Notes: generated by a model not told the origin, from the letters alone. Shown: positions 1 through 10,948, counted from the first letter of the stretch. The stretch is 64,000 nt of DNA from a virus (IMGVR_UViG_3300025013_000002:18562-82561); one strand, 5' to 3'. Program-made: numbers and translations.

Positions 1-509
1 TTCGGTAGGTGATGAACTTATTGTAGGTCAAGCTCAAGAGCTTCCTGAGATTCGGAGAATCGTTCCTTTTTAAAATCTCAATCTTCTCGTTTCTTGAAGC
101 AGTTTCTTGGATTTGCTGAAAAACTTCGAACTCTTTCAAATTTGTTCCTCCCTCTTAACCACCGCTACCTGCTCGGGGAATTTATAGAAGATATCCTCTT
201 CGACACTCGACTTGAGCTTGACCTTGTGAGGGGTAATCCCTAAAATCTCAGCCACACAAAGCGAATACAGGTAGCCATTTACGTTCGTCACCACTTGTTG
301 CCCGACTTTCAATTCGTTTCCAACTACGTCTTTCATTAAAAGTTCTCCTCCATAAGCTTCCTCCTTTAGCATTCCACGATCACATCCATAATCCGCTCCC
401 AGAACACCGCTTGTCCTGTGTAGGGGCAACAGACTGGAAGCTCGGGATTTTCGTCGTCTACGTCCAGGACGCAGAGGGCATCACAGCAATCACAGATGAA
501 CTCAGTCAT

Positions 510-3056
510 TTACGCTGCGTCCTCCATGTCGTCCTCAGATTCCTCCGAGTCTTCCTCTTCGCTCTCAGCCAAAGCGACCCACTCAAGATCGAACTCCTTC
601 AGGTCTGCCCAGGTCTTGCCTACCTCAGCGTCAGCCTTCATCGGGAAGTCCGCAGTCAATCCCTTCGGCCACCTGCTGAGGTGCCTGACGATGAATTCGT
701 GCGCTTCGGAGATCATTGAATCCGGGACTTCCATCTCACACGAATCGTGGATGACGTTGATGATTTTGAAGGGCAACCCACGCTCGTCGATCTCGGCCCA
801 CATGTTGACCAGGCTCTGGAGCATCCCGTCACTGGCTACCGACTGGATGATAAAGTTGTTGGCTTGGCGTTCAGCCCTAGCCCGCAGCCCTTCGTCCTCG
901 GAGTCGATGTGAGGAACCCGCCGTTTCCTTCCAGAGACTGCTACCGCGTAGCCGTGCTCCCTAGCGAACATCACATTTTCCTGAAGCATCTGGCGGATGC
1001 CGTAGTGCTTCGCGAAATATTCCGCGAGATTCTTCTGGGCCTCTTCAACGGAGATCCCAGCGTTCTTCGCAATCAAGGCAGGAGCGGCTCCATACAAAGC
1101 GGCGAATCCTAAAGTCTTGGCGATCTGGCGGTAATTGTTGTACTTCTCCTTGACCTCATGGACTTCGCAGTCGAGCTTGAAAACTTCCCGTGCCGTATTC
1201 GAGTGAGGATCGAGCCCGTTCTTGAAGCCCTCGACCATCGCAGGGTCCTTGCTGATTGCTGCGGTGATCCGCAACTCAGCGTTGGAGAGGTCGGCTACGA
1301 CCAGAGAAGTTCCCTCTTCTGAGATGAAGCATTTTTTGAGCTTCTGTGCTTCCTCGGAGTGCATGGCGATGTTCTGCATGTTAGGGGCTACGCAGCTTAT
1401 ACGTCCGGTCTTTGGTGAGGCTACACGGAACGAGCAGTGAATCCTGCTGTCCACCGAGCGGTTGATGATTGCCAGCACGTAGGTGCTGAGCATCTTCTTT
1501 AGCCCCTCCATCTCCTTTATGACCCGCAAGGCACCAACATCAGGGAATTGTTCGGCCCAAGCCAGGAAGCTCTCTTTGTCCGTCGAGTACTCGCCCTTCT
1601 TCGTCTTTTTTATCTGCGGGAACTTCAGCACGTCCTTGAAGAGGAACCGCTTGTGGTTCACACTGTTCACGAGGAAAACCAGAGGTTTCTTCAGTTCAGT
1701 GATCGCGTTCTTGCGCTTGGCGTTCTCCTTCTCAAGCTGGACTCGGGACAGAAGAGCAACCGCCGTCTGGATCTCAGGCAACGTCTTGAGTTCCTCACCA
1801 AGAGATTCGATCCTTTCCTCAAGCTCGGCTTTGTATCGCTCAGCTTCGGGAAGGTCCACCTTCCAGCCACACTGCTCGATCCTCGCCAGGGCGTAAGCGT
1901 AGGTGCTCACGTCCTTGAAAACCTCAACTTGCTCCTCGATCTCCAACTGCTTGTCGAAGTAGTCCGCAAGTTGGATCGAGGCATCCACGTCCATGCAACT
2001 ATAAGGGAACAGGACTTCCAGCGGGATCAAGTCGTAGGTGAAGTCGGTTTTCTTGATCTTGTGCTCTTTGCAGTACCTGGACTTGAAAAGCTCCAGCGGG
2101 GCATCGTAATCCCCGAAGCCATCCAGAAGAGTGGCCGCGCAGTACTTCAGCGAGTGAGATTCCCTGTTCTCGTCGCAGAGGAAGCTCGCAATTAAAACGT
2201 CGTAGACGTTGTGCTTGCAGAGCTTGGTCTTGTACTTGTACGCGAGGTGCTTGAAGTCGAAGTAGATGTTGGCCCCGATCTTCATTCTGGAATCGTCGTC
2301 GATCAGGTCGTTGCACCCAGTTACGATTTCGGCCCACTCTTGCGCGGTCCAGTTCCCGTGGTAATCCGGAGTCGGAATGCAGTAGCCGTAGTTAGCCTTG
2401 TGCGAGAACTGAATCGTAAGCACTTTTCCTTGATTAAACTGCAGCGCAGAAGTCTCAATGTCCAGTGCGTACCGGAAAACGTTCTCCTTGTAGAAGGCGT
2501 AGAAGGCCCTGAACTTTTCGATGGTGTCCACGAGCGTATAAAATCTAGGCTCGCGTTCTTCCTCGATCAGTTCAGGGAACTGCATTTCCCTCTTAGCCAA
2601 CTCCAAGCACGTCTTGATCGTCCCTACGATGTCCGGGTTGTGCTTCACCATCGAGTAGGGTGGAATCGTCAGGGCCTTCGTCTGGTACTTCTCGCACTGG
2701 ATGATCCTGCCGTAGAACTTCGAGGCACCCTTCGAACCCATGCAAAGCTCGAAGGCTTTGGCTGTAGCGAAGAGCAGGAGGTTCGGAGCGTAGGACCCAA
2801 TGAACTCGTCTACGTACTCGGCCTTCTCCTTGAAACCTGCTGCCTTTCCGTCTGCGTAATCCGACAGGCAGATGACCGAAACATCTTCCAACTCGATCCC
2901 AACTTCGGTGAGGCCCTTCAACAGATCCTTCAGCCCATACTTGTTGATAACCCCGCTGTCGATCCAGTCCTGGTGCTGTGGCTGGTCGTAGATGACCAGT
3001 ACTTTATTATTTGGTGCTTTTCTTGGTGTGATCAAACCTCGCCATCCTCCCAGCAA
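510..3056 (-). CDS. polA: Family A DNA polymerase with N-terminal degenerate uracil-DNA-glycosylase-like domain and 3'-5' exonuclease
   Basis: Exo I motif ALDIETS; TGRISC..PNMQNI; motif A VVADLSNAELR; motif B RQIAKTLGFAALYG; motif C VIHDS. The first ~160 aa resemble a family-4 UDG fold. Confidence 0.95.
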   Translation of the reverse strand: MLGGWRGLITPRKAPNNKVLVIYDQPQHQDWIDSGVINKYGLKDLLKGLTEVGIELEDVSVICLSDYADGKAAGFKEKAEYVDEFIGSYAPNLLLFATAKAFELCMGSKGASKFYGRIIQCEKYQTKALTIPPYSMVKHNPDIVGTIKTCLELAKREMQFPELIEEEREPRFYTLVDTIEKFRAFYAFYKENVFRYALDIETSALQFNQGKVLTIQFSHKANYGYCIPTPDYHGNWTAQEWAEIVTGCNDLIDDDSRMKIGANIYFDFKHLAYKYKTKLCKHNVYDVLIASFLCDENRESHSLKYCAATLLDGFGDYDAPLELFKSRYCKEHKIKKTDFTYDLIPLEVLFPYSCMDVDASIQLADYFDKQLEIEEQVEVFKDVSTYAYALARIEQCGWKVDLPEAERYKAELEERIESLGEELKTLPEIQTAVALLSRVQLEKENAKRKNAITELKKPLVFLVNSVNHKRFLFKDVLKFPQIKKTKKGEYSTDKESFLAWAEQFPDVGALRVIKEMEGLKKMLSTYVLAIINRSVDSRIHCSFRVASPKTGRISCVAPNMQNIAMHSEEAQKLKKCFISEEGTSLVVADLSNAELRITAAISKDPAMVEGFKNGLDPHSNTAREVFKLDCEVHEVKEKYNNYRQIAKTLGFAALYGAAPALIAKNAGISVEEAQKNLAEYFAKHYGIRQMLQENVMFAREHGYAVAVSGRKRRVPHIDSEDEGLRARAERQANNFIIQSVASDGMLQSLVNMWAEIDERGLPFKIINVIHDSCEMEVPDSMISEAHEFIVRHLSRWPKGLTADFPMKADAEVGKTWADLKEFDLEWVALAESEEEDSEESEDDMEDAA

Positions 3057-4643
3057 CTTGCGTGAACCAACTCTTTCCGACTACCAACCCGAAACCTAAC
3101 CGCCACTTTCCCTGAAATAACTTCCCCTGACTTGCTTCGATTCGAGCGACCGCCTGTGACGACCACGAGTGCCCTCACCACGGCTTTGTCCTGCTCCTTG
3201 AACGGCTGGTTACAAACCGCGCAGATGTTATGAAATCCTCCTGCCATTTCTACCTCCCATTCAGATGTGAATTTGTTTAGTCGCAGATAAACGTGCCGTC
3301 TTTGCGGCCCTCATCCAGGCGAGCCTGCCCTTCCACTTTGGTCTGCAAGCGAGGCCACCACAGCCCGTCCGGTACAGCCAAGCCGGTCATCATCCCAACT
3401 GGGAGAGGCACGATGAAAAGGTAATCCTCGGTGCAGTGCTCAACGGCCTCTTCCTCGGTCTCGAAGAGCCCTTCCAGCATCCAGCCGTTTACCTGCCCAT
3501 CGTCTGCGATACCAGCCATGTGCTGACCCACCGCGTACATTTTCCTGATCTCAGGATTTTCCCACCATTTCATTTTCGTCTCCTTAGAAATCCCACGCTT
3601 TCTCTTCGATCTGAGCGCCCTTGCTCCGCAGGAACGGAATCAGCACGTCCTTGAAGCAATTAGGGCAAATGTCTACGTTCAACTCGGTGCCCCAGCCTCC
3701 CTCCGGATAACTGGAGCCGTCCTTCTGGCGAACCGTCACTTCTACCTCGACTTCGTTCACCTCCCAGGAAGAAGACTCCCAGTTCCCGCGCTTGGCTACC
3801 GCACCGCAGAGATCGCAGGTGGTTTCTGCTAGGTAAGTCTCAACTCCGGTTCTAGGCCGAGTTTCGTACTTCTTCATTTTTCGTCTCCTTTAGGCGTGAG
3901 CCAGCGGCTCCCAACCGAACCGGCTCATCCGCTGCAAGTACTCCATCTTGCTCTTGTAGATTTCTAGGCTCGCATAGCAAATCGAATCCCCCAGCATTTC
4001 ATCCCTGACGAACTTCAACTCGATCTTGTCCCACCAGGCGCAATCAGTTACGTCGTACTCGCAGCAAAAAACCCTCCCATCCTCCAGGAGCACGTCGATG
4101 TCCACTTCTTCAGGGCCATACGAGCAACGAAGAATTTCCACCCCACCAAGCTCTCGGATAACCTCTTCAAGCACCGAGGAATACCTCGCACCCTCCGTTG
4201 CTTCTACGATGTCGAGCATTTTAGTTCCTCCCGAGGAAGATGAAAGTTTGGTGCGCGTCTTTGCAGAGGGCACGGTAGAAATCTTCTACGCGAATATCCT
4301 TAAACACCAGCCAAGGCTCGTCTACGTAGATTCGGTTGAATCTTTCAGTCGGGTAAGGAAGATTTCCTGTGGTCCAGTACACCTGTGCGGGAGTTGCTGA
4401 GTACTGAAGGGCTTGCTCGTAACCGCCCACCACAATCAGATCCCCTGCCTTCGCTCTGTCCTTGATGCACTCGGTCTTGCCTGCACGTCGGTTAGGGTTC
4501 ACATGAACCGTAGCAATATCCATCGCGTAACCCACAGGCCCTAGCACACTGAACCACTTTTCGTCCTTGAAGCGCTCCCGAAACTGCTCATTCGCCTCGA
4601 CCAGCAAATCCACCGCACAACAAAATTTTTCGTAATGATCCAA
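3032..4643 (-). CDS. Cluster of five small hypothetical phage genes (3032-3247, 3277-3573, 3584-3877, 3890-4218, 4221-4643)
   Basis: Closely packed minus-strand ORFs with GGAG-type RBSs; no recognisable function. Confidence 0.6.
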
Positions 4644-4646
4644 TTT

Positions 4647-5675
4647 TTATCCCTCCGGTTCGTACAACTCGTTTCCACATTTCCCCTTCGCGTTGAAAGG
4701 GCATTTCCATTTTTTGCACTCGGCACCGAACTCGATCTTGAACTCCCAATTTTCGAGGAGACAGGTGGGGAGCTTGATGGTGCCTCTGCCTGCCAGAGCA
4801 AGCTCCAGCCTTTCCCTATCGAGATCCCCAAGATCGTCTCCGGATTCGTAGTACACCGACAAATCAGCCATCGTCACCTTGAACCACGGAGTCAACGCCG
4901 CGCAGATCTTCTGAGCCGCTTGGCACCCAGCTTTGTCGGGATCTGCGACGTAGCAAATCTCCTCAGCGCCAGTAGAGAGCAGCATCATGATTTTGTTAGC
5001 GCTGAAGTTATTTACGCCGAAATAACAAATTGCCGGGAACCCCATCGAGTTGGGCTTGATCGCGTGGAACAAGCCCTCACCTAGCAGGATCATCTTCGGC
5101 TTTTGTTTCTTGACTAAATCAATTGGAAAAAGCCAATTGTGCCGACAGGTGCTGCCCTTGTTCCTTAAATAGCGAGGCTGCTCATCTCCAAGCGCCCTGG
5201 CATCAACCCCGACGAGCTTCCCGTCAACGTAAATTGGAACTGCCAGGCGGTTCGAATACCTTCCCCTTAAAACTTTGACCGCCCCGATCTCCTGGTAGAA
5301 GGAAGCAGGAATTCCTCGGTAATCTTCGTCCCAAATTTCCCCACTCGGAAAAAATATTTCAGGAGCCTCCTCGACAACCGGAACTTCCTCAGTCTTGCTC
5401 AGCCTCGACAAAATTCCTCGTAGCCCGAGCCCAAGCTCCTGCATTTCGTCCAGTTCTTCACCGAGGAGCCATCGGTACATCCCAGCCTGATTTAGCTTAA
5501 ATCCACAAGACCAGCAGTGGCCCACCTGCTTCTCCAAATTAATCTGGAATGAGGGCCTCCCGTCGATTCCGCCTGCGTGGAGGTGCTGGTGAGGACAGGT
5601 GATTGAAATCTCCATGCCCCCTTTAGCTTCGTAGTCGATGCCCCTACTTTCGAGCAGATCAAGGATTTCCATCAC
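4647..5675 (-). CDS. DNA primase (Zn-finger plus TOPRIM)
   Basis: N-terminal CPH...CWSC zinc motif; LLGEGLFHA and ADPDKAG TOPRIM motifs. Confidence 0.88.
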   Translation of the reverse strand: MMEILDLLESRGIDYEAKGGMEISITCPHQHLHAGGIDGRPSFQINLEKQVGHCWSCGFKLNQAGMYRWLLGEELDEMQELGLGLRGILSRLSKTEEVPVVEEAPEIFFPSGEIWDEDYRGIPASFYQEIGAVKVLRGRYSNRLAVPIYVDGKLVGVDARALGDEQPRYLRNKGSTCRHNWLFPIDLVKKQKPKMILLGEGLFHAIKPNSMGFPAICYFGVNNFSANKIMMLLSTGAEEICYVADPDKAGCQAAQKICAALTPWFKVTMADLSVYYESGDDLGDLDRERLELALAGRGTIKLPTCLLENWEFKIEFGAECKKWKCPFNAKGKCGNELYEPEG

Positions 5676-5863
5676 TCAGGCCGATTAAAGAGGACAAAAA
5701 GTTCCTCGGCGTCAAGCTTCTCAAGCGCCTGCTTGTCCCATTCCCAGTCATCTTCCCCACAGAATTTTGCTAGTTGCTTTTCCTCCAGCATCGCTGCGTC
5801 GGTGGTGCTCAGCATCCCCCTTCCGATTACCGCTGCGACCAGCATTTCCTTGATGTCGCTCAC
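5672..5863 (-). CDS. Hypothetical protein, tandem paralog of 5864-6055
   Basis: 63 aa, aligns end to end with its neighbour. Confidence 0.7.
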   Translation of the reverse strand: MSDIKEMLVAAVIGRGMLSTTDAAMLEEKQLAKFCGEDDWEWDKQALEKLDAEELFVLFNRPE

Positions 5864-6055
5864 CTAAACCTCCCTCATCCACAGCTCCACCAATTGCTCG
5901 GTGCTTAGCGCTCCAAGGGCTTCCTTGTTCCACTTCCAGGAAAATTTGTCGTTGAAAGTAGCGAAGCCCTTATCCTCCATCAGCCTGGCGTCCTCCACAC
6001 TCAAGAACGCCTTGCCCATCACCGCGTCTAAAACGAGTTGCTTGATTTGGTTCAT
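5864..6055 (-). CDS. Hypothetical protein, tandem paralog of 5672-5863
   Basis: 63 aa; IK..V..AV.G...LS..DA...E.K..A.F.....W.W.K.AL..L..E.L shared with neighbour. Confidence 0.7.
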   Translation of the reverse strand: MNQIKQLVLDAVMGKAFLSVEDARLMEDKGFATFNDKFSWKWNKEALGALSTEQLVELWMREV

Positions 6056-6098
6056 GCGGCCTCCTTTTTAATTCACTTCTGAATTTGTTCAGCCAAAC

Positions 6099-6884
6099 CT
6101 AAGACTTCAAATACTTAACTAACTCATCGACCGTCGTAATCATCCCCGGATCTTCCCATTTCATAGCAACCCCGTTCAATTCGAAGTACCTCTTCTTGAA
6201 CTCCACAGGGTCCAAATGCGAGCAAACTAAAGTCGGCTTGCCTTCCGTCCTTCGGTGCTGGATCAGCATCTGCAAGACGGATTGAGAAAAATCGGTGGTG
6301 TACTCCGTCCCGACCATGTACAGGCAAAGCAACTCCGCTTTGTCGGCTGTGGTTGCTACGTAATTATTCTGATCCCACTTTTTGATCTCTTCGAGGAGCT
6401 TCCCGAAACTCACCATCTTCGCATCAACTCCGGACTTGATAGCCGCTTTGATAATGTTCGAAGCCGCCTGAAGAGCTGCGGATTCAAACCCCGAGTGGAA
6501 GTAGAGGACCAGCGGCTTGTTCAGGATCTTGCCGACAGCACCCAGAATCAAATCGTAGGCGTTCACGGTCTTGACCCCAGCGACCGGAGTTTCGTCATTC
6601 CGGATGTACGGGACTGGCACTCCGGAGGCTTTCAGCTTTTTCTCGAAAAACTCTAATTCTTGCATGAGGCTCCAAAGGTGCTGGTCGATTTTCTCAATCA
6701 AGCCAGGTAATAAAATTGGGACCTCAGTGAGGTCCCTGTAATTTTTAACTATAACCCTTAGGTAGGGCAGAGGGATTCTGAGGTGGTGCTTGAAGATTGA
6801 ATGTTGATTCCATCCGAGGTAACCCAGCGGCTCGATTGGGGATTTGTTGTAGTTAGCCCCTGCCAAAGTAATTCGCCACAGCAT
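6099..6884 (-). CDS. DnaC/IstB-like helicase-loader homologue with degenerate ATPase motifs
   Basis: C-terminal SFGKLLEEIK...ELLCLYMVGTE...QMLIQHRRTEGKPTLVCSHL resembles the DnaC C-terminal core; Walker A and B are not intact. Confidence 0.5.
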   Translation of the reverse strand: MLWRITLAGANYNKSPIEPLGYLGWNQHSIFKHHLRIPLPYLRVIVKNYRDLTEVPILLPGLIEKIDQHLWSLMQELEFFEKKLKASGVPVPYIRNDETPVAGVKTVNAYDLILGAVGKILNKPLVLYFHSGFESAALQAASNIIKAAIKSGVDAKMVSFGKLLEEIKKWDQNNYVATTADKAELLCLYMVGTEYTTDFSQSVLQMLIQHRRTEGKPTLVCSHLDPVEFKKRYFELNGVAMKWEDPGMITTVDELVKYLKS

Positions 6885-8613
6885 CCTCTCGGGAGATCTC
6901 CAGCATCTTGAGGCAGTGCTTCAGGAGCTTCTCGTCAACAACATCTTCCTTCCGGCAGAATTTGCAGGAGGATTCTGCATAGGGGTCTTCTTCGTCCTCG
7001 TCTGCCCGAACAAAACCATCCTTCTCAGCACACTCATCGGAGCACCACACGTTCCCGCAGTCGCAGCATTCAAAGTAACCGCAATCCGGGAACGTCTCGC
7101 CACACCTGACACAGGAAAAATAATCAACGCCCATCCCTAACCTCCAAAATTTACTCGCATCGAAGCGAGGAAGTAATCCATCCCGAACGCGCCGACCCCG
7201 AGGCTGAGCCCCGCGATCCCATAGAGGATGCAGCAGGCGACAATCGAAGTCCCGAGGTCGTTCATGACCTTCCCGATCTTAACCAACATATCCCCTCCGC
7301 GCTTCCAGAATGTGAGCCAATCCAGGACGAGCCACAGTCCCAGAATCTCCTACAGGAACCAAGATGCACTTCGGCATGACCCGCTTGAAGCCTTGAGCGT
7401 CCGTGATGACGCGAGACTTGTGCATCTGCCTCGCCAGCTTGATCTCGGCTTTGTCGTTGGAAAGTACTGAGAATCCGCAGTTCTTGCAAAAATAACTAAA
7501 CTTCATTCGAGATAACCTCCTCGACCATCCAGTCACTGAAGTAGAATTCACAGGCATCATCTTCAGCCTCAAACCAAGTGTGGACTTGAGAATCCTCGTC
7601 TTCTTCGTGTTCCCACACTTTAAACACGGCCAGTTCCACCCCACAGAACTCCCGCATCTCATCAACAAACGAAGGTCCTCTGTTAAGGTTATGGAACTCC
7701 GAGTTCTCCTCCAGCAGTTTCTTCCAACTCTTGATCCTAACTTTGTCTCCAGCTTTAATTTCCACTTCCTGCCTCCTTTAAAATAAGAACCACTTTTTCT
7801 TGAAGTCCGGGCAATCCAGATTTCGGTTTTTACTCGGGTAATCCGCGACGCGCCTCAGGATCTCCTTGCCAGTTCTGGGGTCGTATCCGGTGCCTTCGAA
7901 GCAAGACAGGTGGGAGCACCTCTCGCCTCCGAAGTCCCACTCCCCAGGAGTTACGAAGTGGCTACATCGCTTGCAGACCACCTTCTCCTTAATTTCCATC
8001 TCCTGCCTCCTTAAATGGCCTGAATCCTGTCAGATTCAGGGTTTGCTTGTAGATTCTTCCGGTCGAATTGCAGTCTTTGCATTCGTAGTAGGTGATCTGG
8101 TACTCGTGATGATAGTAATCCACCAACTCCCTGTGCTCGTTCCTCCCTACTCCTGAACACCTCTTACAAAGCGCAAGCTCCTCTTTGATCAAGCCCTCTA
8201 ACGTCAGGTGCTTGATCGCTTCACGTAAATCCGTGATCAAATCCCAACCCTCCTCTTCCTCTTTTTCCTCAGTGATAACGGCACCACCAATTCAGGCGCC
8301 CCATACTTCTCCGTGATTTTTTCCTCAGGCTGAAACTTCAGAAGTTCCTGGTACTTGCGTGAGTACTCCGCACAGCGCGACTTCGTGCCCGTCTTGCACA
8401 TGTAGACGCATACGGTTGCATCCTTGGTCCCTCCGCATTTCAGGAGAGGACATCTCATTTGCATTGGGTCTCCTCCAGATCAGGCAGTGGGCAATCTTCG
8501 GGGAACACGTCCCACTTGATACGATCCCCCGTTTCCACGCAGTACTCAAAGCCTGACCTCACTTCGCAGCTGGGGCAGAAAAGGCAGTTCAAAATTGAGA
8601 CGGTGTAGATTTT
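6853..8613 (-). CDS. Cluster of small, often Cys-rich hypothetical genes (e.g. 6853-7134, 7496-7765, 7778-7999, 7989-8240, 8237-8464)
   Basis: Overlapping stop/start junctions and CxxC motifs. Confidence 0.6.
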
Positions 8614-8863
8614 CATGTGGCCTCCTTTTTAAAAACTTATGTCCAAGAATTTAGCTCGGTCGAAAGCCCGAAGCTGCTTGAAGTTAGACAGAATCTTATT
8701 GGGTAGGGCATCTAGGTCTCCTCCAAGTCCGGCAGTGGGCAGTGCCAGGCGATCTCGTTCGTGTTGGGAATGCCCTTTCCACTCGCAGAACAATAATCAG
8801 AGCCATAACCTTTGCTCAGATTAGGGCAGTTGTAGCAGCACCAAACCTCTTCGGTGTAGATTT

Positions 8864-9580
8864 TCACGCAGCCTCCTCAATTCGCCTCTTGGCGATTTCA
8901 AAATAATTCTCATCCAACTCCATCCCGATGAAGTCTCGACCCAAGCGCTTGCAGGCGACCCCTGTAGTTCCCGAGCCCATACAGTTGTCCAGCACAAGAT
9001 CACCTTCATCCGTGTAGGTCCTCAAAAAATATTCCACCAACTCAACCGGTTTCTGCGTCGGGTGAACCCCGTTCTTCTCAACAGAGAACCTCAGGACGCT
9101 TCGTGGGTACCTTTCCACGCTCCCTCCTCCGGAGGAAATGGAATCCGCCTCAGCGTAACAACTGCCCGACCGTCGAGTGTAATAGGAGTTGACCGGCTTG
9201 TGCCCCGTGGTCATCTGCGGGTGATATTTTGGCAACTTCTTGTAGAAAATCAGGATGTTCTCGTGAGCCTTCATCGGAGCTTTCTTCGCATTCAGGTGGC
9301 CCGTTGCCGTGCCCTTCTCCCAAATCCATTCGTACCTGAGCAGCTTCAGGTTGCTGGCTCCGAGCACTTTGTCGAAAGGAGTCTGCGCGTGCAGCGCGAT
9401 CACTCCTCGATCCTTGATTACTCGTTCGTAGTGCTGCCAGAGCCGGTCCAGCGGGATTATCGTGTCCCATTTGCACTGGGTCGTTCCGTAGGGAAGATCC
9501 GCACAAATCATATCAACGCTTTTGTCTGGGACCGACGAAAGCAGTTCAAGGCAATCGCCTTGTATCAGGTGAATCGTGAT
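8864..9580 (-). CDS. DNA N6-adenine/N4-cytosine methyltransferase (beta class)
   Basis: DLPYG, HPTQKP and LVLDNCMGSGTTG motifs. The conserved IHLIQGDCLELL N-terminus lies upstream of the ATG at 9511, implying a start near 9580. Confidence 0.92.
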   Translation of the reverse strand: MTIHLIQGDCLELLSSVPDKSVDMICADLPYGTTQCKWDTIIPLDRLWQHYERVIKDRGVIALHAQTPFDKVLGASNLKLLRYEWIWEKGTATGHLNAKKAPMKAHENILIFYKKLPKYHPQMTTGHKPVNSYYTRRSGSCYAEADSISSGGGSVERYPRSVLRFSVEKNGVHPTQKPVELVEYFLRTYTDEGDLVLDNCMGSGTTGVACKRLGRDFIGMELDENYFEIAKRRIEEAA

Positions 9581-9592
9581 AGGCCCTCCTCC

Positions 9593-10948
9593 CTAAAAAC
9601 TAATTTTCGTGAACTTCGCTTTATCAAAAGCTTTCAACTCCTTGAAGTCGCTCAGAGGCTCCCCCGGAATCGTTTTGTAATTCCTGAATTTCATGAACTG
9701 GTTCGTGACCGTGCCTAGTTCCAGGTCCTCCTTGTCGGTGACCATCGCGATTGCCAAGTCTGCGTCGTTGATGATGTTCTGAGAAAAGCGAATCTTGCCT
9801 TCTTTGGAGTCGAACTGCAGCGGCGTGATGACGATGCAGTTCCCTCTCCTGGCGAACGTCTTCAAGGCCTTGGACATCTCCAGGTACCTCTCCCAGCTCT
9901 GAAGTCCTCGGTGCCCTGCACCAGCCGGGATGATCGTGATGTAGTCACAAACATAAATCCGGACGCCCTTAGTGCTCCGCAGCAGTTCCATCTCCACCAA
10001 GAGGTCATCGAAGTTTGGAGCGTGGTCATAAATATAAAACCCCTCCGGTTTCCGCTCGAATCGCAGAGCCGCTTCCTGGATGAACTCTTCTTCTGATAAA
10101 CCCGCTTCAAGGCTCTCCTCCACAAAATTCACATCTGAATTGATGAAGAGAAATTTCAACTTAGCTGCCCTTAATTTCCCCCGCTCCTCCTTTGTCAATT
10201 CATCAGAAATAATGTTGCCGAGATCCACGTCCGATTCATGGGACCAGATCCTTGCCATGATCTCTTTCTTGCCCTGCTCCCAGCTCCAGTAGGCGACTCC
10301 CTCGCGGTACTTGTTGTACTGGTGGATGCCGATGGAGTGGGCTCGGGTCGATTTCCCCGTCCCGGTGTCGCCGCAGATCAGAACCAGCGAGCCAAGGGAA
10401 ATCCCATTTCTTCGGTCGATGTCCGGAACGCCGGTTGTGCGCCACTCGAAGCTAACATCTGCACCCGCAAGGGTGAGCATGTCGGAATTCAAAATCTCGT
10501 TATCGCCCGTCAGTAGGATCTGCTCATGCAACCCGCTAAAAAGAGCGAAGGCCTTCTCCGTGTCCCTTGCTTCAGCGGCGTGGGCGATATCTTGGAGTCC
10601 CAATAAAAGATGACGCATCTTCACCTGGTCCGTCAGCTCGGTCATTAGCATGTCGTCGGTCAAGCCGTTGATGTCCCGTTCCTGGATCTGATCCAGCAAA
10701 GCCATCAGGTATCGCTGCTTGTCCACCGTCGAGCACTTGGAAGCTACGTTGCTCCTGAGAACGTCCCAGCCGATGAATTGGCCTGTGTCCACGAAGAATC
10801 TCTTGACCAAGGTGAAAAGTTTAGCAAGCTCCTCGTTGCCGAAGTGCCTTGGAGAGAGCCTTACTAGAAGCTCAGGATTTTTGTCTTGAAGCACCTTCTT
10901 GAGCGCGTTGAGTTCCAGTTGAACCGAGGCGCTCAAATTCGTACCCAC
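9593..10948 (-). CDS. DnaB-like (SF4) replicative helicase
   Basis: Walker A GDTGTGKS; WSWEQ; YVCDYITII; ITPLQ; NIINDADL. Confidence 0.88.
   Translation of the reverse strand: MGTNLSASVQLELNALKKVLQDKNPELLVRLSPRHFGNEELAKLFTLVKRFFVDTGQFIGWDVLRSNVASKCSTVDKQRYLMALLDQIQERDINGLTDDMLMTELTDQVKMRHLLLGLQDIAHAAEARDTEKAFALFSGLHEQILLTGDNEILNSDMLTLAGADVSFEWRTTGVPDIDRRNGISLGSLVLICGDTGTGKSTRAHSIGIHQYNKYREGVAYWSWEQGKKEIMARIWSHESDVDLGNIISDELTKEERGKLRAAKLKFLFINSDVNFVEESLEAGLSEEEFIQEAALRFERKPEGFYIYDHAPNFDDLLVEMELLRSTKGVRIYVCDYITIIPAGAGHRGLQSWERYLEMSKALKTFARRGNCIVITPLQFDSKEGKIRFSQNIINDADLAIAMVTDKEDLELGTVTNQFMKFRNYKTIPGEPLSDFKELKAFDKAKFTKISF

Noticed and set aside
411-3065. Plus-strand ORFs opposite polA, and similar antisense ORFs opposite the capsid, portal and tape measure genes
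   Set aside because: These are shadow frames of well-supported genes, with no recognisable motifs.
9593-9595. Genome-wide amber (TAG) reassignment
   Set aside because: Long conserved genes are uninterrupted in the standard code, and TAG serves as a normal stop in several genes such as rtcB and thyX.
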